NCBI GenBank assembly: GCA_032718475.1
Contig: JAUCBJ010007494.1
Span: 1-64,000, forward strand
Length of the DNA: 64,000 nt
Direction of reading: 5' to 3'
Source: Nemertoderma westbladi
Lineage: Eukaryota; Animalia; Xenacoelomorpha
The notes below the pieces were generated by a model. That model did no database searches. It had not been told where the DNA came from and saw only the letters and a program-made list of their open reading frames with translations. Below are positions 47,096-58,122 of the stretch, in pieces. Every line of letters starts with the position of its first letter. Position 1 is the first letter of the stretch. A program made the position numbers and the translations under genes.

Positions 47096-48689
47096 TGCCC
47101 TGGTGACATTACGATCCAATCTGGGTACCAAGTGATGGGTGCCTCTCAAAAGGTAGGTGCTAAAATGCACAACGAGCAACAATGAGCAATAATGAGCACC
47201 AACGGGCAAAAACGAGCAAACACTTGGGAACTATGATAAATACACATCATGACTATTGGATAATCAGTAAGTACAATACGTAAGTAGCTGTGTAACAGTA
47301 ACTATAATAAAGTAACTTAACAGTACTCCACTATACTGTAGATTGAAGATATACATTCATTACACAGTATAATGTATACCAGTAATATACCGAATATACA
47401 CCATATCCTATGTAGAATATAGTGTCGTTATTGAACGCAACCCCCCCCCCCCCCACCCCCCTCCCCCCAGCCCAAATTTTTACACAATGCCATTTTTTTT
47501 GCAGAATGGCACCTTTTTTGACGAAAGGCAACGACATCGATATATAACACATATATTATTTATTATTGCTCGTTAAATAATTAAATAATTAATAGAAAAA
47601 AATAATCTCCATTAGCGTTCATCCATAATGTAGTTTAACTTTAAAGAGGTGTGTTTTCATTAACCCACCAAAGACCGTTTGATTCAGGTTACACCAAGGA
47701 CCGTTTGGGTCAAATTGACCCACAGTACAGTATATTATTGATAAATATATCATTCAAAATGACCAAAAGTGAGGCATTATCAGTGTGAAAACTCATTTGC
47801 GACTTACGGCCCAGTTACTTATGCTATTTACATCCGATTTGGTTTCAATAACGAGCGTAGCGAGTGACACAACGAAACGAGAGTTTCTCATTTTGATCAG
47901 ATATGTACTGTATGTAGTGCACCAGGTCCAGACCCATTACCGGCTACTGCATTATGAAAATCGCCCACGCCAGGTAAAATTTGAAAGAGAACCGCGCCAA
48001 TCTGTACTGTTACGATACTGATGGTATCTGGTACAATCTGTACTCGTTACTGTACAGTACTATTGTATGTACATAGAAATTTTGACAACTCCACCTGAAC
48101 AAGCCTGTGTATAAGATGAGTTTCATAATATCATTCACGTAAGTACTCAGACTATTTACTTCAAACTGGGATTGATTAATGAGCGAAGCGAGTGACACAA
48201 AAACCGAGGACCTAAAGCTATGGGACCTAAACGCTTTGTGACCTGATGACCTACTGCTACTGACCTAACTCAGTAACTGCCTAAAGTATACAGATGTGTG
48301 GACCTAACGCTACCAGGCTGCCAGGCTACATTGTCCACAAAAGAGATTCTCAAAAATGTTTCCATTTCAAGCACAACTTTTATATATTAGCCCAATTTAT
48401 TAATTTATACTGTAGGCCTATAGGCTAATGACAGACACAATGACCACTGGTTGCCAATAGGCGGTAGGCCTAGATAGCTAGATGATATATTTATGGCTAT
48501 TATAGCCAGACAGCCAGATACGAGTCAGCCAGTCCCGGTAGCTTTAGGTCCTGGTGGCCTGGTACTGTAGCTTTTAGGTCCGTGGCCTACACTTTACACA
48601 GGTTACATAGACGAGTTGAAAGGAACCAAAACTTAAACGAGAGTTAGGAATAATTTAATTGAGAATTAGGACCGATTTGGACCTAACGC

Positions 48690-48995
48690 TACATTACCAC
48701 TCCGAGTGGAAGAGAATTCCAAATATTGGGCGCAGCTACAGCGAAATATCGATTACAGTAGCTCTCTAGGTTAAATCGTGGGATGATGGGGAGACTCTGG
48801 TCATTGGAGCGCAGTGGGCGTGGTTGATAGTGTGGATGCAAGAGATCAGTAAGATAGGCCGGACCCATATTACTGTATTAAGCCACACTTACTGTATATG
48901 TCAAAAGTGCAAATTTATTATCAATACGGCGCAGAATAGGCAGCCAATGAAGATCACGCAACACTGGTGTAATGTGCTCTGTTTTACCGAAACGT
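48690..48995 (-). pseudogene. L2/CR1-group LINE ORF2 C-terminal fragment
   Basis: HITPVLRDLHWLPILRRIDNKFALLTY, then after a frameshift GPAYLTDLL...RPLRS...FAVAAPNIWNSLP. Confidence 0.8.
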
Positions 48996-49084
48996 AACTT
49001 TATTTCCGAATTACGACTCTTGCCGAACGTGATAGTTGCCGAAACGCGATGTAACCACTGCGCTGCGACGTACAGTACCTGTAT

Positions 49085-49815
49085 GTAAGTGGTCGCCAGG
49101 CGCCCGCAGTCTGTCTGTAACTGGTATCCAGACGCCCGCATTCTGTCTGTAACTGGTAGCCAGGCGCCAGCAGTCTGTCTGTATCACTGTATCTGAGAGG
49201 CAGGCGCTAGCAGTCTGCCTGTATCTGGTATTCAGATACCCGCAGTCTGTCTGTAACTGGTAGCCATAGCCAGGCGCCAGCAGTCTTCCTGTAACTGGTA
49301 GCCAGACGCTAGCAGAGTCTGCCTGTAACTGGTATCCTGACGGCCGCAAAGGCTGTCTGTAACTGGTAGCCAGGCGCTAGCAGTCTGACTGTAACTGGTA
49401 TCCAGACGCACGCAGTCTGTCTGTAACTGGTAGCCAGGCGCCAGCAGTTTGTCTGTATCTGGTAGACAGACGCTAGCAGAGTCTGCCTGTAACTGGTATC
49501 CTGACGGCCGCAGTCTGTCTGTAACTGGTAGCCAGGCGCCAGCAGTCTGCCTGTAACTGGTAGCCAGGCGCCAGCAGTCTGCCTTTAACTGGTATCCAGA
49601 CGCCCGCAGTCTGCTGAAACTGGTAGCCAGGCGCCAGCAGTCTGTCTGTATCTGGTAGCCAGGCGCCAGCAGTTTGTCTGTATTTGGTAGCCAGGCGACA
49701 ACAGTCTGCCTGTAACTGGTAGCCAGGCGCCAGCAGTCTGCCTTTAACTGGTATCCAGACGCCCGCAGTCTATGTCTGTAACTGCAACTGGTAGCCAGGC
49801 GGCAGCAGTCTTTCT
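49085..49815. repeat. ~32-bp minisatellite (CAGTCTGTCTGTAACTGGTAGCCAGGCGCCAG), about 22 units
   Basis: Direct tandem repetition. Confidence 0.93.
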
Positions 49816-51267
49816 GTATAAGAATGTAATTTAAAGTGATAACTAACACACAATGGTATCTATACTAAGGTAGTTACTAATAATTGTTCTATAAAGGTCT
49901 TAATACTTGCCGCCTTTGATTGCCTTTATGAGACTTTATTCATTGCATAAGTAATTGCCTTTGTCAAAAGTGTATAAATAGGAGGAGTTTTAGGCATTAA
50001 AACCATTCTCTATCAGAAAATTATCATAACTTTAGTTACAAAGTTATTTACAAATACTGTAAAAATGTTACCCGTAAGTCTTAAACTATTTCCTCTGCTG
50101 TCAGCTCTTTTCCTACTCCAGGTAAGTTTATTTAATGCATAAAGTATTCATTTAGCGTTGTTATCTGAATTATTCATTTAATGATTTGCTCACGTGAAAA
50201 AATAAACCCTTTATTAAGGATGTTAGATTTATTCATCAAAACAAAACAAAATGTTTTCTCACAGAATTATTCCACAAACAGAAATTGTATTTAAATGGTT
50301 AGCATCCTAGAGAGAGTGACAACGCATACATGACTGTAGCCAACAGCTGTTTGACTGTCTCACAAACTGTCTGTTAGTTATTCAGTTCACATTTATTTTG
50401 GTTTTTGTCCCAGTATTGCAGACTGGTTTGCTATTATTATGGCCTCCCCCAGTCTGATGTGTCCGGATATCCATATTGGTTGTCCAGTTGTCCTTTTTAG
50501 TTGTCTAGTTGTCCGTATAGGTTATCCCCGTCACCACCATTTGGTCTCCCGATGTCGCGTTGGATATCCGTCTGTCCACGTCTGTTTCCCTGGCCACGTC
50601 TTATTCCCATGTCCACATTTGTTGTCCCGTTGTCCCCACACCAATTGTACCCCAACTCATATCAGTTTTCTTGTAATATTGTAATATGTGGTGGATTTTT
50701 CAACATTTTCTATCGCAATAATTTTTATTATCCGTTTAAATCACTCATGATGTCCTTTTTTTTTTACTTTTTATGTCCTCCAGAAATTTACCTTTAGGTT
50801 CCATGCTACCGGTTTCTCTACTGCTGTTCTCCCAGGCTGCTATCAGTACCGGTATTAGTATATAGAGCACTATTTTGCTGTATTATTGCTGTATTGTTTG
50901 TACAGATGTAGGTATTAAGCAGGTATTTTAGTACCGGTACCGGCACCGGTACTGCTGTAGGCCTACTGTGTACCCTTGTTACCATTAGAATACGGTATTG
51001 GTAGGCCTACCGGCTGACCGGTTGTGCTAATAAATTTTAAATAATTGATAGGCCAAACTAGATTGTGGAAAATGTGGATATACCTTTCAGTTTCACATAC
51101 ATAATTTATCAGTTTTATAATGGATCATGACTACTGTCTGTGTAGTGTTACTGATAGCGGCACCACTACTTCCAACAGCACAGATCAGTTCATAAACTCA
51201 TACGTACTCGAAAAAACTACTTATACATGTTATACCCCGTTACCGTTTCCATTTGATACCGTTACCG

Positions 51268-51777
51268 TTGGTTTGAAAATCCCGCCTCTGTAACATGCTC
51301 CTTTCCCTCAATTAGTTAAGTGATCGTTTATTTTTTTGGTTAGAAAATCCCGCCTCTGTAACCTGCTCCTTTCCCTCAATTAGTTAAGAGGTCGTTTATT
51401 GTTTTGGTTAGGAAATCCCGCCTCTGTAACCTTCTCCTTTCTCTCAATTGGTAATGTTATCGTTTATTGTTTTGGTTAGAAAATCCCGCCTCTGTAACCT
51501 GCTCCTTTCCCTCAAGTAGTTAAGTGATCGTTTATTGTTTTGGTTAGAAAATCCCGCCTCTGTAACCTGCTCCTTTCCCTCAATTAGTTAAGAGATTGTT
51601 TATTGTTTTGATTAGAAAATCCCGCCTCTGTAACCTGCTCCTTTCCCTAATTTGGTAAAGTGACCGTTTATTGTTTTGGTTAGAAAGGCTAACCTCTAGT
51701 AACCTGCTCCTTTCCTTCATTTGGTAAAGTGACTGTTTATTGTTTTGGTTAGAAAATCCGGCCTTAACCTGCTCCAA
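51268..51777. repeat. 68-bp tandem repeat (about 7.5 units) immediately upstream of the fibrinogen-domain gene
   Basis: CCCGCC at 51281, 51349, 51417, 51485, 51553, 51621. Confidence 0.93.
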
Positions 51778-51812
51778 CCAACCTTAACCAGAAAAAGTGA
51801 ATTTTGAAAAAA

Positions 51813-53899
51813 ATGCGACTTATGGTCTTTTTACATTGCACGGCAGAGCTATTTATAATTTATTTATTATTACAGGCAAATGATGGACAATGTGGAGCCA
51901 TTAATGTAAGTTTATTTGTTATTTTAAATTATTATTTTAAATGTAGTTTCATGCGATTTCATAGATATTGTAAGTGGTGACAAGTTGAGATAAATTCATA
52001 AAAGTTATAAAATAATTGAGTTGAGATAATGTCTGGGAGACCTCTGGTGACCAAAAAAGAAAGGGTAACAACAGTTACGAGCTTTCACCCGACAGGGCTT
52101 CTCAAGCCATTCATCAAGCCCTGTCGGGTGAAAGCTCGTAACTGTTGTTACCCTTTCTTTTTTGGTCACCTGAGTGTCTCCCAGACATTATCTCAACTCA
52201 ATTATGATTACTACGGTGACGAGAGCGCGACAATTTCTTAAAAGTTATAAAAATATTTCCTAACAGGTTACAGAGCCGGAAGAACAGAATACAGAGTTGA
52301 AAGAAATATTAAAGTTGAATGACCAAGTAAAAGATATACTTACAAACCTAATTAACCAAGTCGATGAGCTAAATAACGATGTTAGTTTCTTAACCAGTAA
52401 TTATTTGTAACATAATTATTTGTTAAATTTAACTTCATACGATTTCATAGATATTGTAAGCGAGTTGAATTAATAAAAAATTATAAAAATATTTCCTAAC
52501 AGGTTACAGAGTTGGAACAACAGAATACAGAGTTGGAGGGAAATATTACACGGTTGAATGACCAAGTAAACGATTTAAATACAAACCTAACTAACCAAGT
52601 CGATGTAAATAATGAGCTAAAGAACGATGTTAGTTTCTTAACCAGTAATTATTTGTAACATAATTATTTGCCGTGTTGAAGTCCTTCTGTTTTATTATTA
52701 TGTTTTTATTTATTTGTGTGGAATTAATTTCGCACTACCAAATCGCCAGGCCGACATATTTCCTAACTTTATATCGCTGTGCGACATTATTTCTCAGTAT
52801 GTCCCTACGCCATATATTTACTATGTATTTCAGTATATCCAGTATGTCACCGCGTCATTATTAGGTTGTTCTAGAAAGTTTAAGTGCAAAACTACAAATA
52901 ATTCCCCACAAATAAATAAAATTAGATTCGCCGTTGTTCATAATTACCACATTAAATCTTTTACGGCCCTCGTTTTATTATTTCACTAAACAAAATCACT
53001 CGTGCCGTAACGCTATAATGTGCTATTTTATGAGCAACGACGTAATATAGTTAGTATTTAATTGCTCTAAATGTTGGGTCGAAATGCCGGCGTTTAATGA
53101 TTTCCCTAGAGAACTCCAATCCAACCACTGATCAGATGTGTGCAGAGGATTTACAGAATTTAATAAACAATTTCGATTAATAATATTTCCTAACAGGTTA
53201 CAGAGTTGAACGAGTTAGTTTACAGGTTACATGATACAGAGATAGTGATTTCATCCATTACACTGTATCAGCTAATGGCTCCTCTGCTATTAAAGCATAA
53301 TGATGGAGTAAAGATTCAACAAAGAGTTGATGGATCTGTTGACTTCTATCGAAACTGGGATGAATATGTTGAAGGATTTGGTGATCCGAATACCAACTTT
53401 TGGTTGGGGTTGGAGGCGATCCACAATGTGAGTAAAGGCGGGGTGAAGTTGAGAGTCGATTTGTGGTTTACTGGATGGGGGATATTACCGTAAGAATTAT
53501 TATATTAGAATATTACCGGAAGAAAGGAGGGCTTATCCCAATGATAAAATCACTGGTGAGGGAAAGAATTACAACAACGAACACAAATACGCGGAATACA
53601 ACAACTTCTCTGTCGGATCAGCTGCAACTAATTATCGCCTACAGGTATCCGGTAACCATGGTACTGCTGGTGACTCATTGGAGCGGAACAACGGTCTCCC
53701 ATTCTCTACCAAGGACCGCGATAATGACGGGAGGGACTCCAACTGCGCCGTAGATGAAACTGGGTCGTGGTGGTACAACTACTGCGGGTTGAGTAACTTG
53801 AACGGAGAATACGGTGCGGGGGCTTATAAAGGACCTTATTGGTATCGTTTTACTGGAGTGAATCCGGCTTCTCGAGTTGAAATGAAGATTTGGATTTAG
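51813..53899 (+). CDS. Secreted fibrinogen-related domain (FReD) protein: signal peptide, coiled coil and fibrinogen-C; exons 51813-51905, 52267-52380, 52503-52628, 53197-53489, 53509-53899
   Basis: QQRVDGSVDFYRNWDEYVEGFG, FWLGLEAIH, YAEYNNFSV, AGDSL, FSTKDRDND, NCA, WWYNYCGLSNLNG; phase-0 GT-AG introns. The frame break at 53490-53508 needs a 19-nt excision, otherwise the gene is a pseudogene. Confidence 0.82.
52013..52238. mobile_element. Intronic inverted-repeat insertion, probable Penelope-like remnant
   Basis: ~87-bp inverted arms with a ~15-nt spacer, a ~34-nt tail, and a 14-bp flanking duplication TAAAAGTTATAAAA (51999-52012 and 52239-52252). Confidence 0.6.
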
Positions 53900-54548
53900 T
53901 AAATCTGTAAGTTTTATATAAAATTACTAAATAATTCCAACAGAGTTGCGTTGGAAACTAACTTTTACATTTAATTATAAAATAAATATAAATAAAATAT
54001 AATAATATATTTGGCTGAAAAGTTAATAATAATAATTAATAATAATGAGTTCCGGTATAAATATCGTTTTTTACTATAAAATTATTTACTTTAACGTTTT
54101 TATTATTTATTTTGCAGTTAGAATTCCCAATAAGTTTTAGAAGAGACTGAATCTTGGCTGTTCTGCTGTATGTTACCAGTTTATATGTGTGATGGTTATG
54201 GGTTATTGGTTAATGTTTGGTTAATATTTACAATATATTAATAAATTATAGTTGCAATAACTTAACTTTATTTACTTAACTTGCTGTTAGACCAGGAGGG
54301 GCCGGTTGCATATAAATCAACCTTAGCTAAGGTGCACCTTAACTCATAAGTGTTGCCTTAAATACTTCAACATCCGTATCAGTTGTTGTCTGCCTAATAT
54401 TACCTAATATATTTTATAGAAACATTTTGAGAACGTCGGAGGAGGTCCGAGAGCAAAATTTGGACTTTTCAAAATCAGCTGATATAATTAAACAAATTAA
54501 TTGTTAATTAAAATTCTTTATTACCTAATAATATACAAATAAATCCTA

Positions 54549-55144
54549 TTATATTTTTACGCCTCTGTTTGAATATCGCCAGTTATTGGGTTTCTGGAAC
54601 GGTTCCTGTGCCAAAGCGAGGGAGCGAAGAGGAGTCCTAAATGAACCGGAATCAGGGGCTGTCATACCAACCCGGATATATTCCGAGCGATCAGTCGCCC
54701 TGACTACGGGGGTCGGGGAGACACGGGGGAAGCGGGAGTGGGGTCGAATGATTCCGAGGTGGCGGCCCGGAATACAGGAGGGATATCAAGCGATATCCCC
54801 GCGGTAGTATCCGGGGTTACAGACGAGTCTCTGTTGAAACTCCTCCGGTAAACCGACGTGTAGGGCCGGGTACCTCGCCCAGCTGTGTCACTCACCCACT
54901 CGATGTGGTTCGCAGACAGATGCTGCCGCTTATCTCCGTAGGATTTAAAGTTCCCGCCGAAATAAACCCCGTAGTCGCGCGCCTGATGTCGGTTGTCGTG
55001 GAAAGAAAAAGGGTTTCCAGTTTTATATTTTTGCTTCGATTTTTTTAGGAAATCCGGCGGTATTCTGTAGGTAGAAGCGTCGCGTCTTTGCGAAAGTTCT
55101 AGAACATTATTGTTGCCAGTGTGTCGGTAGATATCTGTCATCAT
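54549..55144 (-). CDS. TEX36: TEX36-like (HDNR-domain) protein, intronless, with an apparent 1-nt frameshift near 54745
   Basis: NPFSFHDNRH...GVYF...DKRQHLSANHIEW matches the HDNR family as I recall it; RFPR and TPLRSLALAQEPFQKPNNWRYS continue in the -1 frame to a stop at 54549. Confidence 0.75.
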
Positions 55145-55224
55145 TTCATCATGTCATCATGCAGTCATGTTCTCTCGGATTGCCAATGGTGGCGCCTCGT
55201 TTCTATTGTAATACCACGTGTGGT

Positions 55225-55244
55225 CTATTGGTAACCATGGCGAC
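55225..55244 (-). promoter_or_regulatory. RFX X-box with adjacent CCAAT upstream of the TEX36-like gene
   Basis: GTAACCATGGCGAC at 55231-55244, ~90 bp upstream of the ATG, a typical position for ciliary gene promoters. Confidence 0.65.
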
Positions 55245-56898
55245 CAAGGTTGGCTAGCTTTCGGCATACTCAGAGAAAATAGTTCGTCGAATTAATAATG
55301 AAGAAACATTTTATTTCATTCTACGTCTAACACTAGCAAATTTATATAAAGTAACTCAATATTCCCACTCGAGGTAGAGCCGTACTTTATAAATAAAAAT
55401 ATACAACATAAAAATACCGGTTAAAACAATAATTTTGATAAAATTTGAAAATAATAAATAAATAAACAAATCGACAAACATGCTAATATTAATGCAACCA
55501 ACCCGAGAATAAGTCGGCCGTTAATTAGATTGGCATTAACGGTGTATTGATTACCCCTCCGTGTTGCCAAGCAATAATTCTCTCAAGGTAATAGATGTTG
55601 CCATTCGCTACTCCATTGCGGTACATTATTTCATTGGAGTTGCATTTAATGTAGGATAAACAACCATATTATACATTTTTGTTTTGAGACGTTGGCGCTA
55701 ATTTACACCGGGGGAGGGGGGGGGGGGGTTATAAAGCACACGCTACCCAATAGCGACACGTATTTTAGTGACACGTATTTTAGTGACACAAATTTTAGTG
55801 ACACGTATTGAAATTTATATTACTCTACGTCCTACGATACGTGAATTATATCAAATTTTGTCAACTACACGGAAAAACCAATAAGGACATAAAATCAGGT
55901 TAATTTAGTAAAACTTTTTATTATCATATTTGCACTACTTGTTTTTTTCGTGTCCCAGGGGGCACATTCAAAATGACCAGAAATTTCAGCATCCAAAAAA
56001 ACGCTACATACTACAAATAAATTTATTCTAGCGTGTCATAAATTATGACAATTTTAGCACGAAAAATCATTTTTTATGGGTGCCAGTAAGGGACCCCAGC
56101 ATGAAAACTAACTCAGCCATAAATTATTGATATATTTGAAACAGAGACAGTTTCACCTCCATTCTCCTTGGCTGAGCCAGAATTGGCTGAGAATGGGCAA
56201 CCGGGCTGGTGGAGGCCACAATAATTATAAAATTATTAGCCAAAATAATATAATTATAAACCGCAACTATTAAAAACTGTGAAATTAATATGTTTTGTTA
56301 TTAAATTATATTATTATGTAACAGGTTAAAGAATATATGTGCCCGTCCCAGAGCCCTTACATTACGTGTCCCAAAATAATACAGATTACATAACAACTGT
56401 GCCATTTAAGCACTTCGGCTACTTTTAAAATCTGTATTACTGATATACTAAGTGTAATTTACTTTAATTAATTATTTTCCCTTACCTATAATTACACTTT
56501 TATTTCATTTTAGATAATTCTACCTTCCTGGCTGAATTAAATAAAATAATAATAATTATTATTTATTATTGCTAAATCCACAAATAAAAACGGTTTCTAT
56601 GGAGAACAGATTAACCTTGGAAGCGCAAGGTTACAACGTTCAAACAACGGAAGTAGAAATGGAAGGACGGACAATACTAAGGTGTATGCCAAAGCTAACA
56701 GATGTAGTGGCTCGACCCAAAAGTCATAACATTCATAGGTAAATGTATCAACAAAGATTTCAGCATTAGATTAAAACGAAGCATTAAATATTATTGTCAT
56801 AATATATTTCGCGAATATAAATTAATTTCCTTAACTTAGAGACAAAATTATTTAATTACTTAAAATATTTAATATTTTGTGACAAACAAGAGTTTCTG

Positions 56899-58122
56899 TG
56901 TAAAAGCTTTTGTGGGATAACTGATTCGTTTGCCTTGTTGGCCAGTTCCCCCCCAGTCGCTAAGAATACTCTCAAAGTGATCTATAGTTAAAATAGTGTA
57001 AGCTACCAGCTTATTGGCTGATTTGTGGGATGCAGGTATCTGGGCTCTGTTAATCGTCCAACTAGCCTAAGAGGGTTGCGTCATAGCCTGTTTTTGTATC
57101 TTCCAATAGAAATTTGAGTTATCCTGGATTTTAACCAATCCTGAGCTACTGAACTGAAAATTCCTATCTCACTGCTCATCCTCTGTGTTGAACGGGAGCT
57201 TTGGGGAATAAGTGTAGTTGGTATTCTCGTAGTCACGAGTTTTTTAAAGCCACGAAAGAACGGCTTATAGTGTTTTGTGCTTTTCTGCTTTTTAGTTTAA
57301 CACTAGCAGGTTTAATTATAAGGACATATATCCTTTAACTGGCAAAACAAACTGCATATCATATCAAACTGCGGACTGCATACCTAACGCACGGCATACT
57401 ACTGACTGCTGAAACATTGCAAACTCATAACAATCAGTGTTCAGTTGTTGTTTTATACTGCTATTTACTGTCGGTTATTCATTATATTTGTGGATGAATT
57501 ATTATATTTGGAATAACGAGAAACAACCCCGAAACCCAATATTCTTGATATACCGAAGGTAAGAGAGAAAGGTTACAGATAAACGATTGTGACTTATGTT
57601 AAAGTGGTTTGAAGTGAATTTAATGTTATTTGATAGACCCTACATGAGTCAGCCTGTGTTCCTTTTATATGTGACTAAAATCAGTGAAGATCGGCAGATT
57701 AGTGTGCAGTATTGTGCAGCATTGTGTATGCGTGAGTCTGTTAAAGAAGCATTTCCTAAAGAATGCGCCATATATGTTAATTATAACTAAACCATATCGT
57801 TGTGAGTAGTTTAAGTCATAACTCTGTTTATATAGATAGAGCGCCACGTCCTAAAGGAACTGTTAATATTCCCGAAGGTAAATAATATTGTCAGAGATTA
57901 TATAATACTGTCAGTCGAATAATACATTAGGCTTACATAGCAATAAAATTAAACCGTCGAACCCAATCTCCCGGGAATATCCAGCGGGTGAATGGTCGCG
58001 CACGGATTGGTTTCGACTAGTGTAGTGAATCAAATATTTGTCGTAGGCAGAAAAGCGATTTAATATCTAGAAGACATCATAATTTGGTGGGTTAAACTGC
58101 CAAAGGTCTGAAAGCGCGAACA
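56899..58122 (+). repeat. 5' LTR of element C (1224 bp)
   Basis: TGTAAAAGCTTTT...GAAAGCGCGAACA followed by TTAAAGGATATAG as in B. Confidence 0.93.

Noticed and set aside
38499-47209. Many long Pro/Ser-rich ORFs in the satellite as a mucin- or extensin-like gene
   Set aside because: They are open in all three frames because of the 67-bp period and C-rich composition; frame-shifting unit variants are tolerated; no signal peptide or unique domain is visible
49011-49849. ORFs in the 32-bp minisatellite and in the 13032-13247 AT repeat
   Set aside because: Periodic translations of tandem repeats
51965-51969. 5-nt microexon (TTTCATAG|ATATT|GTAAG) in the FReD gene
   Set aside because: Inclusion would break the phase-0 coiled-coil frame; more likely duplicated intron sequence
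53651-53665. X-box-like GTAACCATGGTAC
   Set aside because: Lies within fibrinogen-domain codons (GNHGT); probably coincidental
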